From positions 3 through 64,002 of the forward strand of contig CAYTNM010000013.1 in assembly GCA_964439205.1 (NCBI GenBank): a DNA stretch of 64,000 nt. The letters run 5' to 3'. The notes under the pieces are model-generated. The model made no database searches. It saw only the letters and a list, made by a program, of their open reading frames with translations, and was not told the DNA's origin. The translations under genes and the position numbers were made by a program. This document shows positions 9,987-19,928 of the stretch, one piece after another. The stretch's first letter is position 1. Every line of letters starts with the position of its first letter. Source of the stretch: an uncultured Ohtaekwangia sp. GTDB lineage: Bacteria > Bacteroidota > Bacteroidia > Cytophagales > Cyclobacteriaceae.

Positions 9987-12254
9987 CTACTTGTTACGCA
10001 TTTGCGCGTCTACCACGGCAATCGCTGCCATGTTTACAATTTCGCGAATGCTGCTACCCAATTGTAATACATGTACGGGTTTGTTCATACCCATTAAAAT
10101 GGGGCCGATGTTTTCAGAACCACCAATTTCCATCATCAGTTTATAGGCTATGTTACCGGATGCCAGGTTGGGGAAGATCAAGGTATTGGCGCCTGTTTTG
10201 GCAAGCGCGCTGAATGGATAGGTCTCTTGTTGAATTACGGTATTCAACGCCACATTTGCCTGAATATCACCATCAATCACCAGGTCGGGAAATTTTGCTT
10301 TTGCCAGTCGGGTAGCTTCTTTTGTTTTTTCCGGAATAATACCCTTACTACTTCCGAAGTTGGAGTAGGAGAGAACAGCTACACGAGGCTCAATGCCAAA
10401 GAACCGTGCACCTCTGGCAGTCAGGCCGATGATTTCCACCAGGCCTTCAGCGTCCGGATCTACATTGACGGTACAGTCGGCAAAGAAGTAATTACCCTTT
10501 TTATTCATTAATACATACATGCCCGCTACGTGCTTCACACCGGGGGCTGTTCCAATAATCTGGAGAGCCGGTAAAATGGTCTTGGGATAGTCTTTGGTCA
10601 ACCCCGAAACCATGGCGTCTGCATCGCCATGTTCTACCATCATAGCTGCATAGTAGTTGCGATCTTGCATCAGCTTTAAGCAGTCCCGATAGGCCAATCC
10701 TTTCCGTTGTCTTTTTTTATACAACAATTCGGCATACTGTTCTACTTTTTCTTTTTCATCACGCGGATAAATGATTGGGCAATCGGCCAGGTCAAGTTTA
10801 TGTTCTTCAATTAATTTGAGGATTTCCTCTTTATTGCCCAACAAAATAGGTTTGGCTATTCCTTCGTCCAATAATGTTTGCGCAGCTTTCAGAATCTTAT
10901 GATGATTGGCTTCTGCAAAAACTACCCGCCTCGGATCTTTTTGGGCGCTTTCGATGACTTGAGAAATTAGCTTCTCATCAATTCCAATACGTCTTTGTAG
11001 CTCCTGATGATATGTACTCCAGTCATGAATGTGCCGGGTAGCCACTCCTGAATCCATGGCTGCTTTTGCTACTGCAGGAGAAACCGTAGTAATCAGACGA
11101 GGGTCCATGGGTTTGGGAATCAGGTACCCTCGTCCAAAGTCCAGTTTATCTATGCCATAAGCCTTTTTTACGCTATCTGGTACAGGCTCTTTGGCCAGGG
11201 CTTCCAGTGCGTGTACGGCTGCCAGTTTCATAGCCTCATTTATTTCGGTGGCGCGTACATCTAATGCGCCTCTGAAGATATAAGGGAATCCCAAGACATT
11301 GTTTACCTGATTGGGATGATCACTTCTTCCGGTAGCCATGATGATGTCAGGCCGTGTGCGCATGGCTAATTCATAGTTAATCTCCGGGGTGGGATTAGCC
11401 AACGCAAAAACAATCGGATCTTTGGCCATGGACAGAATGTCTTCAGGCTTTAACAAATCAGCCACCGAAAGACCAACAAAAACATCTGCGCCTTTCATGG
11501 CTTCCTGGAGAGTGGCCAACGGACGTGAAGTAGCAAACTCTTTTTTGGTTTCATCAAGAGTTGTTCGTTGTGTCGTGATCACTCCCTTACTGTCACACAT
11601 GATAAGATTTTCCCGCTTCACACCTAAGGCCAGGTACAGTCGTGAGCAGGAAACAGCCGCAGCTCCGGCCCCGTTTACCACCAGTATGATCTGGTCGATT
11701 TTTTTACCTACCAGTTGCAAGGCATTTAACAACGCTGCCGAAGAAATAATAGCCGTGCCGTGTTGATCATCATGCATGATGGGGATGTTCATCTTCTCCC
11801 GCAAGGCAGTTTCAATCTTGAAGCACTCGGGTGCTTTGATGTCTTCCAGGTTGATTCCCCCGAAAGTAGGTTCTAATGACTTAACGATCTTGATAAACTC
11901 TTCCGGGTCTTCTTCCGCTATTTCAATATCAAAGCTGTCGATACCTGCATACTTTTTAAAAAGCACGGCTTTGCCCTCCATCACTGGTTTGGATGCTTCC
12001 GGGCCAATGTTCCCCAATCCCAAAACGGCCGTACCGTTGGAGATAACGGCCACCAGATTTCCCTTGCTGGTGTATTTATACACGTTCTCTTTATTCGCAG
12101 CGATCTCTTTGCAAGGTTCGGCCACCCCCGGGGAATAGGCAAGCGCCAAATCCATTTGCGTGGCGAGCGGCTTGGTAGGTTGTACTTCTACTTTGCCAGG
12201 TTGCCCTTGTGTGTGATAATTGAGTGCATCTTCTTTACGAATTTTCAATGACAT
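9987..12254 (-). CDS. maeB: NADP-dependent malic enzyme with phosphotransacetylase-like domain
   Basis: LAYSPGVAEPC, SNGTAVLGLGNIG, INLEDI, HDDQHGTA, GAGAA, TGRSD; C-terminal PTA-like domain. Confidence 0.95.
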   Translation of the reverse strand: MSLKIRKEDALNYHTQGQPGKVEVQPTKPLATQMDLALAYSPGVAEPCKEIAANKENVYKYTSKGNLVAVISNGTAVLGLGNIGPEASKPVMEGKAVLFKKYAGIDSFDIEIAEEDPEEFIKIVKSLEPTFGGINLEDIKAPECFKIETALREKMNIPIMHDDQHGTAIISSAALLNALQLVGKKIDQIILVVNGAGAAAVSCSRLYLALGVKRENLIMCDSKGVITTQRTTLDETKKEFATSRPLATLQEAMKGADVFVGLSVADLLKPEDILSMAKDPIVFALANPTPEINYELAMRTRPDIIMATGRSDHPNQVNNVLGFPYIFRGALDVRATEINEAMKLAAVHALEALAKEPVPDSVKKAYGIDKLDFGRGYLIPKPMDPRLITTVSPAVAKAAMDSGVATRHIHDWSTYHQELQRRIGIDEKLISQVIESAQKDPRRVVFAEANHHKILKAAQTLLDEGIAKPILLGNKEEILKLIEEHKLDLADCPIIYPRDEKEKVEQYAELLYKKRQRKGLAYRDCLKLMQDRNYYAAMMVEHGDADAMVSGLTKDYPKTILPALQIIGTAPGVKHVAGMYVLMNKKGNYFFADCTVNVDPDAEGLVEIIGLTARGARFFGIEPRVAVLSYSNFGSSKGIIPEKTKEATRLAKAKFPDLVIDGDIQANVALNTVIQQETYPFSALAKTGANTLIFPNLASGNIAYKLMMEIGGSENIGPILMGMNKPVHVLQLGSSIREIVNMAAIAVVDAQMRNK

Positions 12255-12311
12255 GTTCTTCTCCTGTTTTGATAAAGGAGGACAAGATACAAAGAAGCTT
12301 TAAATGAGTAC

Positions 12312-13262
12312 TTATCGCTTGAAAAGGGCTTCTACAAACGCATGTCTGTCGAAGGGCTGCAAGTCTTCGGCTTTTTCACCTACACCGATAAACCGCACGG
12401 GTACTTTAAACTCATCGGATATGCCAATCACCACACCGCCTTTAGCGGTGCCATCCAGTTTGGTAATGGCCAGACAAGTTACATCGGTTGCCTTGGTAAA
12501 TTCGCGGGCTTGAATCACGGCATTTTGCCCCGTGCTTCCATCCAATACTAACATGACATCATGAGGAGCATCGGCTATCACCTTTTGCATGACCCGTTTA
12601 ATTTTGGATAACTCGGCCATCAAATTGATTTTGGTATGTAGCCGTCCAGCGGTGTCGATCATGATGATATCCGCATTTTCCTTCATCCCGACCTCAATGG
12701 TTTCGAAAGCTACCGCGGAGGGGTCTGTATTCATCCCTTTCGAAACAACCAAAACTCCGGTACGGTCGCCCCAAAGTTTTAACTGATCAACGGCAGCGGC
12801 CCGAAAGGTATCCGCAGCTCCCAAAACCACCTTTTTACCTGCTTTGGTGTATTGAGCTGCCAGTTTACCAATGGTAGTAGTTTTACCTACCCCATTGACA
12901 CCAACCACCATGAGCACATAAGGTTTGTGATTTTCGGGTAAGGCAAATGGCCGATCGGTAGCGTCTGTTTCCACCAGCAAGGCAGCTACCTCCTCTTTTA
13001 GGATCCGATCCAATTCGGCTGTGCCGAGATACTTGTCTTTGGCTACCCGCGCCTGAATTCGCTCGATAATCTTCAGTGTGGTGTTGATCCCGACATCAGA
13101 CGATACAAGGATTTCTTCAAGCTGATCCAGCACTTCTTCATCTACCGTAGATTTTCCGGCAATGGCTTTTCCAAGTTTGGAGAAAAAGCTGTCCTTGGAC
13201 TTTTCGAGCCCTTTGGTCAGTTGTTCTTTTTTACCCGGGAGAAGACTATCAAAAAAGCCCAT
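12312..13262 (-). CDS. ftsY: Signal recognition particle receptor FtsY
   Basis: GVNGVGKTTT, DTFRAAA, DTAGR, TKLDGTAKGG. Confidence 0.97.
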   Translation of the reverse strand: MGFFDSLLPGKKEQLTKGLEKSKDSFFSKLGKAIAGKSTVDEEVLDQLEEILVSSDVGINTTLKIIERIQARVAKDKYLGTAELDRILKEEVAALLVETDATDRPFALPENHKPYVLMVVGVNGVGKTTTIGKLAAQYTKAGKKVVLGAADTFRAAAVDQLKLWGDRTGVLVVSKGMNTDPSAVAFETIEVGMKENADIIMIDTAGRLHTKINLMAELSKIKRVMQKVIADAPHDVMLVLDGSTGQNAVIQAREFTKATDVTCLAITKLDGTAKGGVVIGISDEFKVPVRFIGVGEKAEDLQPFDRHAFVEALFKR

Positions 13263-13288
13263 ATGCAGTAATATAAGATAACATGAAT

Positions 13289-13312
13289 AAAAAAGTCCCG
13301 CGAGGGGACTTT
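13289..13312 (-). terminator. Intrinsic terminator after rpmB-rpmG-DUF4295
   Basis: AAAGTCCC-gcgag-GGGACTTT stem; the A-run gives a U-tract on the minus strand. Confidence 0.7.
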
Positions 13313-13336
13313 CGAACGTACAAGACTTGTGGCCGA

Positions 13337-13492
13337 TTATTTCTTGGCGAGGGTTTCTTTCACCAAATCGTTCGGAACAATTTCTTCTTTAAAAGTATAA
13401 GCACCAGTCTTTTCGGACTTGATGGCGCGGATCACCTTAGCATAACTTTTGCCATCGGTTTTCTTCAGGGTTGCAACTACTTTCTTTGCCAT
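13337..13492 (-). CDS. DUF4295 family small protein (51 aa, not in ORF track)
   Basis: Hand translation MAKKVVATLKKTDGKSYAKVIRAIKSEKTGAYTFKEEIVPNDLVKETLAKK; usual Bacteroidota position between rpmG and ftsY. Confidence 0.9.
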   Translation of the reverse strand: MAKKVVATLKKTDGKSYAKVIRAIKSEKTGAYTFKEEIVPNDLVKETLAKK

Positions 13493-13493
13493 A

Positions 13494-13676
13494 TTACTTT
13501 ATCTCTTTGTGAAGTGTATATTTTTTCAAGACCGGATTGTATTTCTTTAATTCAATGCGCTCGGTCGTATTTTTGCGATTTTTGGTGGTGATGTAGCGGC
13601 TCATACCAGCCATACCGGTGGTCTTATGCTCGGTACACTCTAAAATCACCTGAATTCGATTGCCTTTCTTTGCCAT
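13494..13676 (-). CDS. rpmG: 50S ribosomal protein L33
   Basis: [17 protein letters not shown]...[12 protein letters not shown]...LKKYNP. Confidence 0.97.
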   Translation of the reverse strand: MAKKGNRIQVILECTEHKTTGMAGMSRYITTKNRKNTTERIELKKYNPVLKKYTLHKEIK

Positions 13677-13689
13677 GATTCTTTATCGG

Positions 13690-13929
13690 TTAGATCGCTA
13701 ACGTTCCTTTTAATTTTGCTTCTTTCATCACCACCTCGATGCCTTTGGTATTGATGGTTTTGATCGCCTTGGTAGACACTTTTAAAGTGATCCACTTACC
13801 TTCTGAAACCAGATAAAAACGCTTGGTTTGCAAATTGGGATAAAACCTACGCTTGGTCTTATTATTCGCATGCGATACATTATTGCCCACTTGGGGTCTT
13901 TTTCCGGTAATTTGACAAACACGTGCCAT
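13690..13929 (-). CDS. rpmB: 50S ribosomal protein L28
   Basis: MARVCQITGK...GNNVSHANNKTKRRFYPNLQ; start reassigned to ATG 13929. Confidence 0.97.
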   Translation of the reverse strand: MARVCQITGKRPQVGNNVSHANNKTKRRFYPNLQTKRFYLVSEGKWITLKVSTKAIKTINTKGIEVVMKEAKLKGTLAI

Positions 13930-14081
13930 ATCTAATTGATTTTCCCCCTTTTTTGGAAAAGGGACTGCAAATATCGGGAAAACAAGCAAAAATCCAAACC
14001 TGGAACCCGAATAAACCAAAAGATATACTGGCTCGTGTTTTAAGAGCCTGAATCTCAGAATCAAATCTGATTATCAGGGTC

Positions 14082-14231
14082 TTAGCTATTTTTGGCCGGA
14101 TTTGCTGGCACCTGGCATTTGGAGCACCCGGCCGAACAACCTTTGTTGCTTTGAAAGCTTAGATAAATGAGTCTTCCCAGATATCCGGCAGCAAGAATGG
14201 TCATGATCCCAATTACAACTTCCTGAAACAT
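14082..14231 (-). CDS. FeoB-associated-type Cys-rich small membrane protein (49 aa, not in ORF track)
   Basis: Hand translation MFQEVVIGIMTILAAGYLGRLIYLSFQSNKGCSAGCSKCQVPANPAKNS: one TM helix then GCxxGCxxC; TATTTTTG 4 nt upstream of the ATG. Confidence 0.8.
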   Translation of the reverse strand: MFQEVVIGIMTILAAGYLGRLIYLSFQSNKGCSAGCSKCQVPANPAKNS

Positions 14232-14235
14232 GACA

Positions 14236-14243
14236 CAAAAATA
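14236..14243 (-). promoter_or_regulatory. -7 element (TATTTTTG) of the Cys-rich peptide gene, implying a leaderless mRNA
   Basis: Exact TAnnTTTG match 4 nt from the ATG. Confidence 0.6.
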
Positions 14244-14265
14244 GTCATTTATGATTTTCCAGAAG

Positions 14266-14281
14266 CGTCCGCTTCCGGACG
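14266..14281. promoter_or_regulatory. Palindromic site, candidate enhancer for a sigma-54 activator
   Basis: CGTCCG-cttc-CGGACG inverted repeat about 75 bp upstream of a -24/-12 motif. Confidence 0.55.
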
Positions 14282-14353
14282 TTGGGTTGCTTTTTTGAAC
14301 GATGAAAAAAATCGAAAACTACGTTTTTGATACTGAGCAGGCATATCTGTTCA

Positions 14354-14370
14354 TTGGCACCGATCTTGAA
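14354..14370 (+). promoter_or_regulatory. Sigma-54 (RpoN) -24/-12 promoter
   Basis: TTGGCAC-CGATC-TTGAA with GG-N10-GA spacing (GA in place of the usual GC), upstream of the ABC permease. Confidence 0.6.
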
Positions 14371-14435
14371 TCTTTTAGGATGTCTAAACAACTTTTTGCC
14401 CCGTTCTAAGCATCCTGAAACAAACCCTTTTAAAC

Positions 14436-16850
14436 ATGTTGCGAAATTATCTAATTACCGCTCTTCGAAATCTCTGGCGTTCTAAGGGGAGCACCACCAT
14501 TAATATCCTGGGTTTGGCGCTGGGCGTGGCGACAAGTCTGGTATTATTTTTAATTGTGAGGTATCACTCTGGTTTTGACACGTACCATTCAAAACGCGAT
14601 CGCATTTATCGGGTGGTTTTTCAAAGCGAAGGAAATCAAGGCAAAGGATACTCCACGGGGGTGCCTCCGGCATTACCGGATGCTTTCCGAACGGATTTTC
14701 CGGAGGCAGAGCATGTCATCTTTACTTCGTATCGGGCAGGAGGATTGGTGACGATTCCCCAGCTACAGGGTGAGCCTAAACGATTCAGCGAGAATAAGGG
14801 GATTGTTTATCTGCAACCCGAATACTTCAAAATTTTTGACAGGACCATTCTTATAGGTGATGCAGAGAAAGGATTGGACGAACCTAACGAGGCCATGCTC
14901 TCTCAATCATCGGCCCTTAAGTATTTTGGCAGAGCAGATGTGCTTGGAGAAGTGATTGTCTTTGATAACCAGGAGTTCAAGGTAACCGCGGTGATAGATG
15001 ACGTGCCTACCGCTACTGATTTTCCTTTTCATATCTTACTGTCGTATGCCACCATCAAAAAGCAAAAAGACGAAGTAGGCTGGAATGGCATTTGGAGCGA
15101 TGAGCATTGTTATTTTCTAAAGAAGGAGGAAGCGAGTATTTCTGAAATGGAGCGAAGACTCCCCGATTTTTTCAAGAAACATCAAGGAGAAGAAAACCCG
15201 GATAATCTGGCATATATTCTTCAGCCGCTCTCCACCATTCATTATGACGAACGGTTTAACAACTATAACTACAATACAGTTACCTGGCAGATGATAGCGG
15301 CCTTCACGGTCATTGCTTTGTTTCTGATCCTGACAGCGTGTATCAACTTTATCAATCTGGTAACTGCCGAGGCGGTTAAGCGATCAAAAGAAGTGGGAAT
15401 CCGCAAGACCTTAGGGAGTTCACGCAGTCAACTGATTTTTCAATTTTTGGGAGAATCAACGTTGGTAACATTGGTTGCAGTAGTATTAGCCGTTGGATTG
15501 GCGCACACTTCTTTGATTTACCTCAACCCTTTTTTACATCTGACCCTGAGCATTGACTTACTCAGCGATGGGCAACTTTGGATTTTCCTTTTGTTAGTAA
15601 CATTGACGGTCGCCTTTTTGGCGGGGCTTTATCCAGCCTTGGTCGTATCCGGATTTAAGCCAGTGTTTGCTATCAAGAATCAAATGAACAACAAAAATTC
15701 ATCAGGCTTTCTTTTGCGAAGGGGATTGGTGGTTTTACAATTTTTTATCTCGCAGTTTTTTATTTTCGGTACCATCGTACTGATCAGTCAGATGAACTAC
15801 TTCCAGAAACGAGATCTTGGGTTTCGTAAAGACGCTATTGTTACGTTGCCGATTCCTGAAAACGCCCGGTTGGGGTTTGCGGATGGATCGAGCAAGATGA
15901 GAACCTTGCGGGAACAAGTAAGTCAGGTTCGGGGAATTGAGTTAGCGAGTTTAAGTAACACGCCACCTTCGTCTGGAAGTGTGTCGTCTACCAACTTTGG
16001 GCTGGCAGGCAAGGAAGAACAATTTGATACACAGATTAAAGCTATTGATGGCAATTATCTGGACTTATACGACCTTACCTTATTGGCTGGCCGAAATGTT
16101 TCGGATCTTGATACGGCCAATGGATTTATTGTAAATGAGAAATTGGCAAACATGGTAGGTTTTGCCAACGCTACAGACATAATAGGATCACAAATTGAGT
16201 TAGGTGGCGCACGCGGTCGCGGGCTGCCCGTGATTGGTGTGGTTAAAAATTTTCATACGATGTCATTGCATGAACCGGTGGATGCCACCATTATGTATAA
16301 TCGGATCCGAAACTATGCAACCATGTCTTTGCAAGTCAATCAGACGGAATTTCCACAAGCCATTAAGCAAGTGCAAACGTTATGGGAGCAAATGTACCCC
16401 GAGCATATATTTTCTTACCAGTTTCTGGCGGAAGAAGTGAGAGAATTTTATGAAGGCGAAAAACGTATGGCTACCCTACTCAGCATTTTTACATCCATCG
16501 CTATTTTTATCGGCTGTCTCGGACTTTTTGGATTAGCGGCATTTATGGTGAATCAGAAAACCAAGGAGATTGGTGTTCGTAAAGTGTTAGGCGCCTCAGT
16601 CGAGAGTATTTTGTTATCGTTTTCCAAAGAGTACGTCAAGTTGATTCTTATTGGCTTTGCCCTCGCGGCCCCGTTAGGCTGGTATGTCATGAGTAAATGG
16701 TTGGAAGACTTTGCTTATAAGATTGAAATTGGCCCCATGATCTTTTTACCTTGCCTGGGAATTACATTGGTGATTGCTTTAGTGACGGTTGGCTATCGCT
16801 CCTTTAAAGCAGCACATGCTAATCCGGCACAGTCGTTGCGTTCAGAATAA
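14436..16850 (+). CDS. ABC transporter permease, MacB/FtsX-like double domain
   Basis: MLRNYLITALRNL, ACINFINL...RSKEVGIRKTLGS, LVVLQF, KEIGVRKVLGAS, ANPAQSLRSE. Confidence 0.92.
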   Translation: MLRNYLITALRNLWRSKGSTTINILGLALGVATSLVLFLIVRYHSGFDTYHSKRDRIYRVVFQSEGNQGKGYSTGVPPALPDAFRTDFPEAEHVIFTSYRAGGLVTIPQLQGEPKRFSENKGIVYLQPEYFKIFDRTILIGDAEKGLDEPNEAMLSQSSALKYFGRADVLGEVIVFDNQEFKVTAVIDDVPTATDFPFHILLSYATIKKQKDEVGWNGIWSDEHCYFLKKEEASISEMERRLPDFFKKHQGEENPDNLAYILQPLSTIHYDERFNNYNYNTVTWQMIAAFTVIALFLILTACINFINLVTAEAVKRSKEVGIRKTLGSSRSQLIFQFLGESTLVTLVAVVLAVGLAHTSLIYLNPFLHLTLSIDLLSDGQLWIFLLLVTLTVAFLAGLYPALVVSGFKPVFAIKNQMNNKNSSGFLLRRGLVVLQFFISQFFIFGTIVLISQMNYFQKRDLGFRKDAIVTLPIPENARLGFADGSSKMRTLREQVSQVRGIELASLSNTPPSSGSVSSTNFGLAGKEEQFDTQIKAIDGNYLDLYDLTLLAGRNVSDLDTANGFIVNEKLANMVGFANATDIIGSQIELGGARGRGLPVIGVVKNFHTMSLHEPVDATIMYNRIRNYATMSLQVNQTEFPQAIKQVQTLWEQMYPEHIFSYQFLAEEVREFYEGEKRMATLLSIFTSIAIFIGCLGLFGLAAFMVNQKTKEIGVRKVLGASVESILLSFSKEYVKLILIGFALAAPLGWYVMSKWLEDFAYKIEIGPMIFLPCLGITLVIALVTVGYRSFKAAHANPAQSLRSE

Positions 16851-16865
16851 TCCGGTTTAGTGTAT

Positions 16866-16904
16866 AACAAACAAAGCCCTCGCTATAGGAGGGCTTTGTT
16901 TGTT
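16866..16904. terminator. Bidirectional intrinsic terminator
   Basis: 16-bp perfect stem AACAAACAAAGCCCTC / GAGGGCTTTGTTTGTT between convergent genes. Confidence 0.85.
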
Positions 16905-16922
16905 CATGGAAATATGAATTTC

Positions 16923-19739
16923 TTACTTTTCTGGATTCAGGATCACCTGAACGTAGTTTTTCATATTCAAATAGTTGCTAGCTGCCGTTTTGAGATCGGC
17001 AACGGTCAAGGCATCTACCCGACTTTCATAGGTGAGTATGTCGGTTGGATTAATCAGATTCTCCTGGCTGCTTTGCAGCTGACGTAACCAATAGTTATTG
17101 TCTTTAAGATTTTCCTGATATTGTTTTTTCCAGTTTTCCTTTACTTTGGCAAGATCGGTCGCAACCGGTCCATTTTTTCGGATCTTTTCTAATTCTTCCA
17201 GCGTAGCCGCTACCAGTTTGTCGACATTTTCAGGGCCACAGGGGATAAATCCACTCACGGTGTATCCTTCATATGGATATTTGCTGAGCGAACCACTCAT
17301 CCCACCGGTATAGGTGCCACTCATTTTTTCACGCAAGGTTTCAATCAATTTAATGTTGATCACTTCAATGAGTGCTTTCAATTTTAAGTCCTCAGCCGCG
17401 CTGTACGGAGCTTCTCCGGTAAACTGCATGGCGATGAAGCTTTTAGGTTCCGTGCCTTTTTTTACTTCTTTCTTAACCACGCCTTTCACCGGTCGTAAGC
17501 CAATGTCTTTGAAGGTCGAGTTTTTGGTTTTATCGGAAGGCAAACTGGCCAGGTAGGTAGCGATCAGCGGCTTAATTTTATCCATCGCAAATGAACCTAC
17601 AATCACAAAGGTGAATCCGTTGGCGTTGCTAAATCGATCCTGATAAATTTCAATAGCCCGATCCAGGTTAACCTGATTATAATCTTCGGCTCGTGGCACT
17701 TTTGGCGCGCGTGGATGATTCTGATAAACGGTGCGTAACAGACTGTCTTGAAATACCATTTGAGGATCACTCAACATGTTTTGCACCATGGCTTGTTGTT
17801 TGGAAACAAACGACTTATACAATTCATCGTCCTTACGTGGTTGCGTAAAGTATAGATGAACAAGCTGAAACATGGTTTCGAGATCTGTGGCACTGCTCGA
17901 TGCGCTGATTCCTTCGCTGGTAGAAGAAATGCGAGGAGAGGCATTCACGGTTTTTCCCGCCAGTGTTTTGCGTAAGTCGTTGGGAGAAAATTTGCCGACA
18001 CCCATTTGACTTACCAAAGTGGCTGCATTTTCAGCATTATACCGATCTTTATTTTCGTAATTAAAATGACCGCCTGGTCTGAAACCGGATAAAACAATCT
18101 GATCATTTTTGTAGTCAGTTGGTTTTAAAATAACCTTTATTCCGTTACCCAGGGTCACCTCATAATAACCCGCTTCCTTATTTTCCTTTTGAAAGCCAAT
18201 GCGACCGGGCGCGGGAGGTTCTTCCATCAGGCTGGCAGCTACCACTTTTTCTTCATACGGTTTTACTTCCAGTTTGGCTGCGGCTTCTGCGAAGCCAATT
18301 AATTTTTCATTGGACGGTAGTTCATATTCAGGCTTTTCAGGGGCCAACAATAAAACAAGTTTACTTTCTGTGTGAGGGATGGTGGAAGCCGTAAACTTAT
18401 TTACCTCTTCCAGGGTGATGCCATCCATAAACTGTTGGTAGTAGCTGTATTCTTTCTCTAGCCCGGGAATGGGTTCCTTTTGCAAAAAGTTTCCAACGTA
18501 TTCCTGAACAAAACGATCGGATTCAGTCTTTTCACGCTCATTGTAAGCTCGCTCCATTCCTTTCAGGAGGGTCTTTTTGGTGCGATCGAGTTCAGAGGCA
18601 GTAAAGCCGAATTTTCGGGCACGCTCATTTTCAGTGATTAAAGCCGTCACAGCTGCTTCGGGACCGCCCTTACCTACCAAAGCGAAGCAAAAGAAACTTT
18701 CATAGCCACCGATAAATCCACCCAGACTACTTCCTCCAAACACAAACGGAGGCTCAGGCTTTTGTGTCAATTCCTGCAAACGACCGGAGAGCATCTGAGA
18801 AAACAGGCTTTGGACGATAGATTGCCGATAATCGTTTACGGTCATTTGAGGCTTTGACTTTTTGGGAGAATAGAAAATCTGAACAATGGAGTTGGGATTT
18901 TCTTTATCGGTCACCACCATTCCTTCACTTTTGGTCCGAAGCGGGATTTGTTCTTCTATCCGCTTGCGTTCTTTGGCCGGGTTTTTTAGTTTTTCAAAAT
19001 GTTTTTTGACCATCGCTTCTGCCTCCATCGGTTCAATATCACCCACCACAATGACTGCCATCAGGTTAGGCCGATACCAATCGCGATAAAAACGTTTGAT
19101 CACATCGTATTGGAAATTTTTCAGTAGATCTTCCTTTCCGATAGGTAAACGGTCAGCATACTTTGATCCTGCCAGTATTTTAGGAAGATACTGTTTTTGC
19201 ATGCGATCCTGTGCGCCCTTGCCAAGTCGTGCTTCTTCCAGAATCACACCTCGCTCCTTATCAATTTCTTCGTGGTCGAAAGCAATGGTGCTGGCCCAGT
19301 CTTCTAATACCTGAAATCCTTTTTCGATATTTTCTTTGTTTTCGGTAGGGATAGGAAGAATATAAATGGTTTGATCAAAGAAAGTGGTGGCATTCAAATC
19401 GTTGCCAAACTTTACCCCGATGGATTGTAAATACGAAACCAGGTCATTCTTTTTAAAATTTTTGGTTCCGTTAAAAGCCATGTGTTCAACAAAGTGCGCC
19501 AGCCCTTGCTGGTCATCATCTTCTTGCAGGGAGCCCGCCCGAACCACCAACCGAAGTTCTACTTTCTTCTCGGGCTTTACATTTTTACGAATGTAATAGG
19601 TCAACCCGTTGGGCAGCTTGCCAATTTTAACATTGGCATCAATGGGGAGAGGATCATTTAATGGCTCTTGTGCCCATCCACAAACGGATAGCTGTAAAAG
19701 CCAAACGACAACTAAACTTTGTTTCAGCATTAATTTCAT
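16923..19739 (-). CDS. Secreted M16 zinc protease (PqqL-like)
   Basis: Signal peptide, GKLPNGLTYY, intact HFVEH zinc motif, WYRP, LREKMSGTY. Confidence 0.92.
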   Translation of the reverse strand: MKLMLKQSLVVVWLLQLSVCGWAQEPLNDPLPIDANVKIGKLPNGLTYYIRKNVKPEKKVELRLVVRAGSLQEDDDQQGLAHFVEHMAFNGTKNFKKNDLVSYLQSIGVKFGNDLNATTFFDQTIYILPIPTENKENIEKGFQVLEDWASTIAFDHEEIDKERGVILEEARLGKGAQDRMQKQYLPKILAGSKYADRLPIGKEDLLKNFQYDVIKRFYRDWYRPNLMAVIVVGDIEPMEAEAMVKKHFEKLKNPAKERKRIEEQIPLRTKSEGMVVTDKENPNSIVQIFYSPKKSKPQMTVNDYRQSIVQSLFSQMLSGRLQELTQKPEPPFVFGGSSLGGFIGGYESFFCFALVGKGGPEAAVTALITENERARKFGFTASELDRTKKTLLKGMERAYNEREKTESDRFVQEYVGNFLQKEPIPGLEKEYSYYQQFMDGITLEEVNKFTASTIPHTESKLVLLLAPEKPEYELPSNEKLIGFAEAAAKLEVKPYEEKVVAASLMEEPPAPGRIGFQKENKEAGYYEVTLGNGIKVILKPTDYKNDQIVLSGFRPGGHFNYENKDRYNAENAATLVSQMGVGKFSPNDLRKTLAGKTVNASPRISSTSEGISASSSATDLETMFQLVHLYFTQPRKDDELYKSFVSKQQAMVQNMLSDPQMVFQDSLLRTVYQNHPRAPKVPRAEDYNQVNLDRAIEIYQDRFSNANGFTFVIVGSFAMDKIKPLIATYLASLPSDKTKNSTFKDIGLRPVKGVVKKEVKKGTEPKSFIAMQFTGEAPYSAAEDLKLKALIEVINIKLIETLREKMSGTYTGGMSGSLSKYPYEGYTVSGFIPCGPENVDKLVAATLEELEKIRKNGPVATDLAKVKENWKKQYQENLKDNNYWLRQLQSSQENLINPTDILTYESRVDALTVADLKTAASNYLNMKNYVQVILNPEK

Positions 19740-19928
19740 ACGTAAATCATTTGTTTTTAAAGGTACATGGAGTTCGTTTTAACATAAACATTCCGAATGA
19801 ATATGTTTTTGTTTACTTATTTGAACTGGATTTTAGTCTACAGTGAAAGTACTTTAATTTTCTTCAACGCCAATCGATTCAGGGATTAAATTATCTTCAT
19901 GTTTAAGATATTAACAGCCTCGATGCGA

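Noticed and set aside
13930..14064. N-terminal extension of L28 in the ORF track; similar extensions for MBL, M14, murF, psd, dusB and the YycJ-like gene
   Set aside because: Family homology starts at downstream ATGs, and some extensions run through promoter elements or neighbouring genes
19740..19928. AT-rich intergenic inverted repeats upstream of the M16 protease
   Set aside because: Low-complexity AT pairing with no convincing ORF, terminator or ncRNA signature
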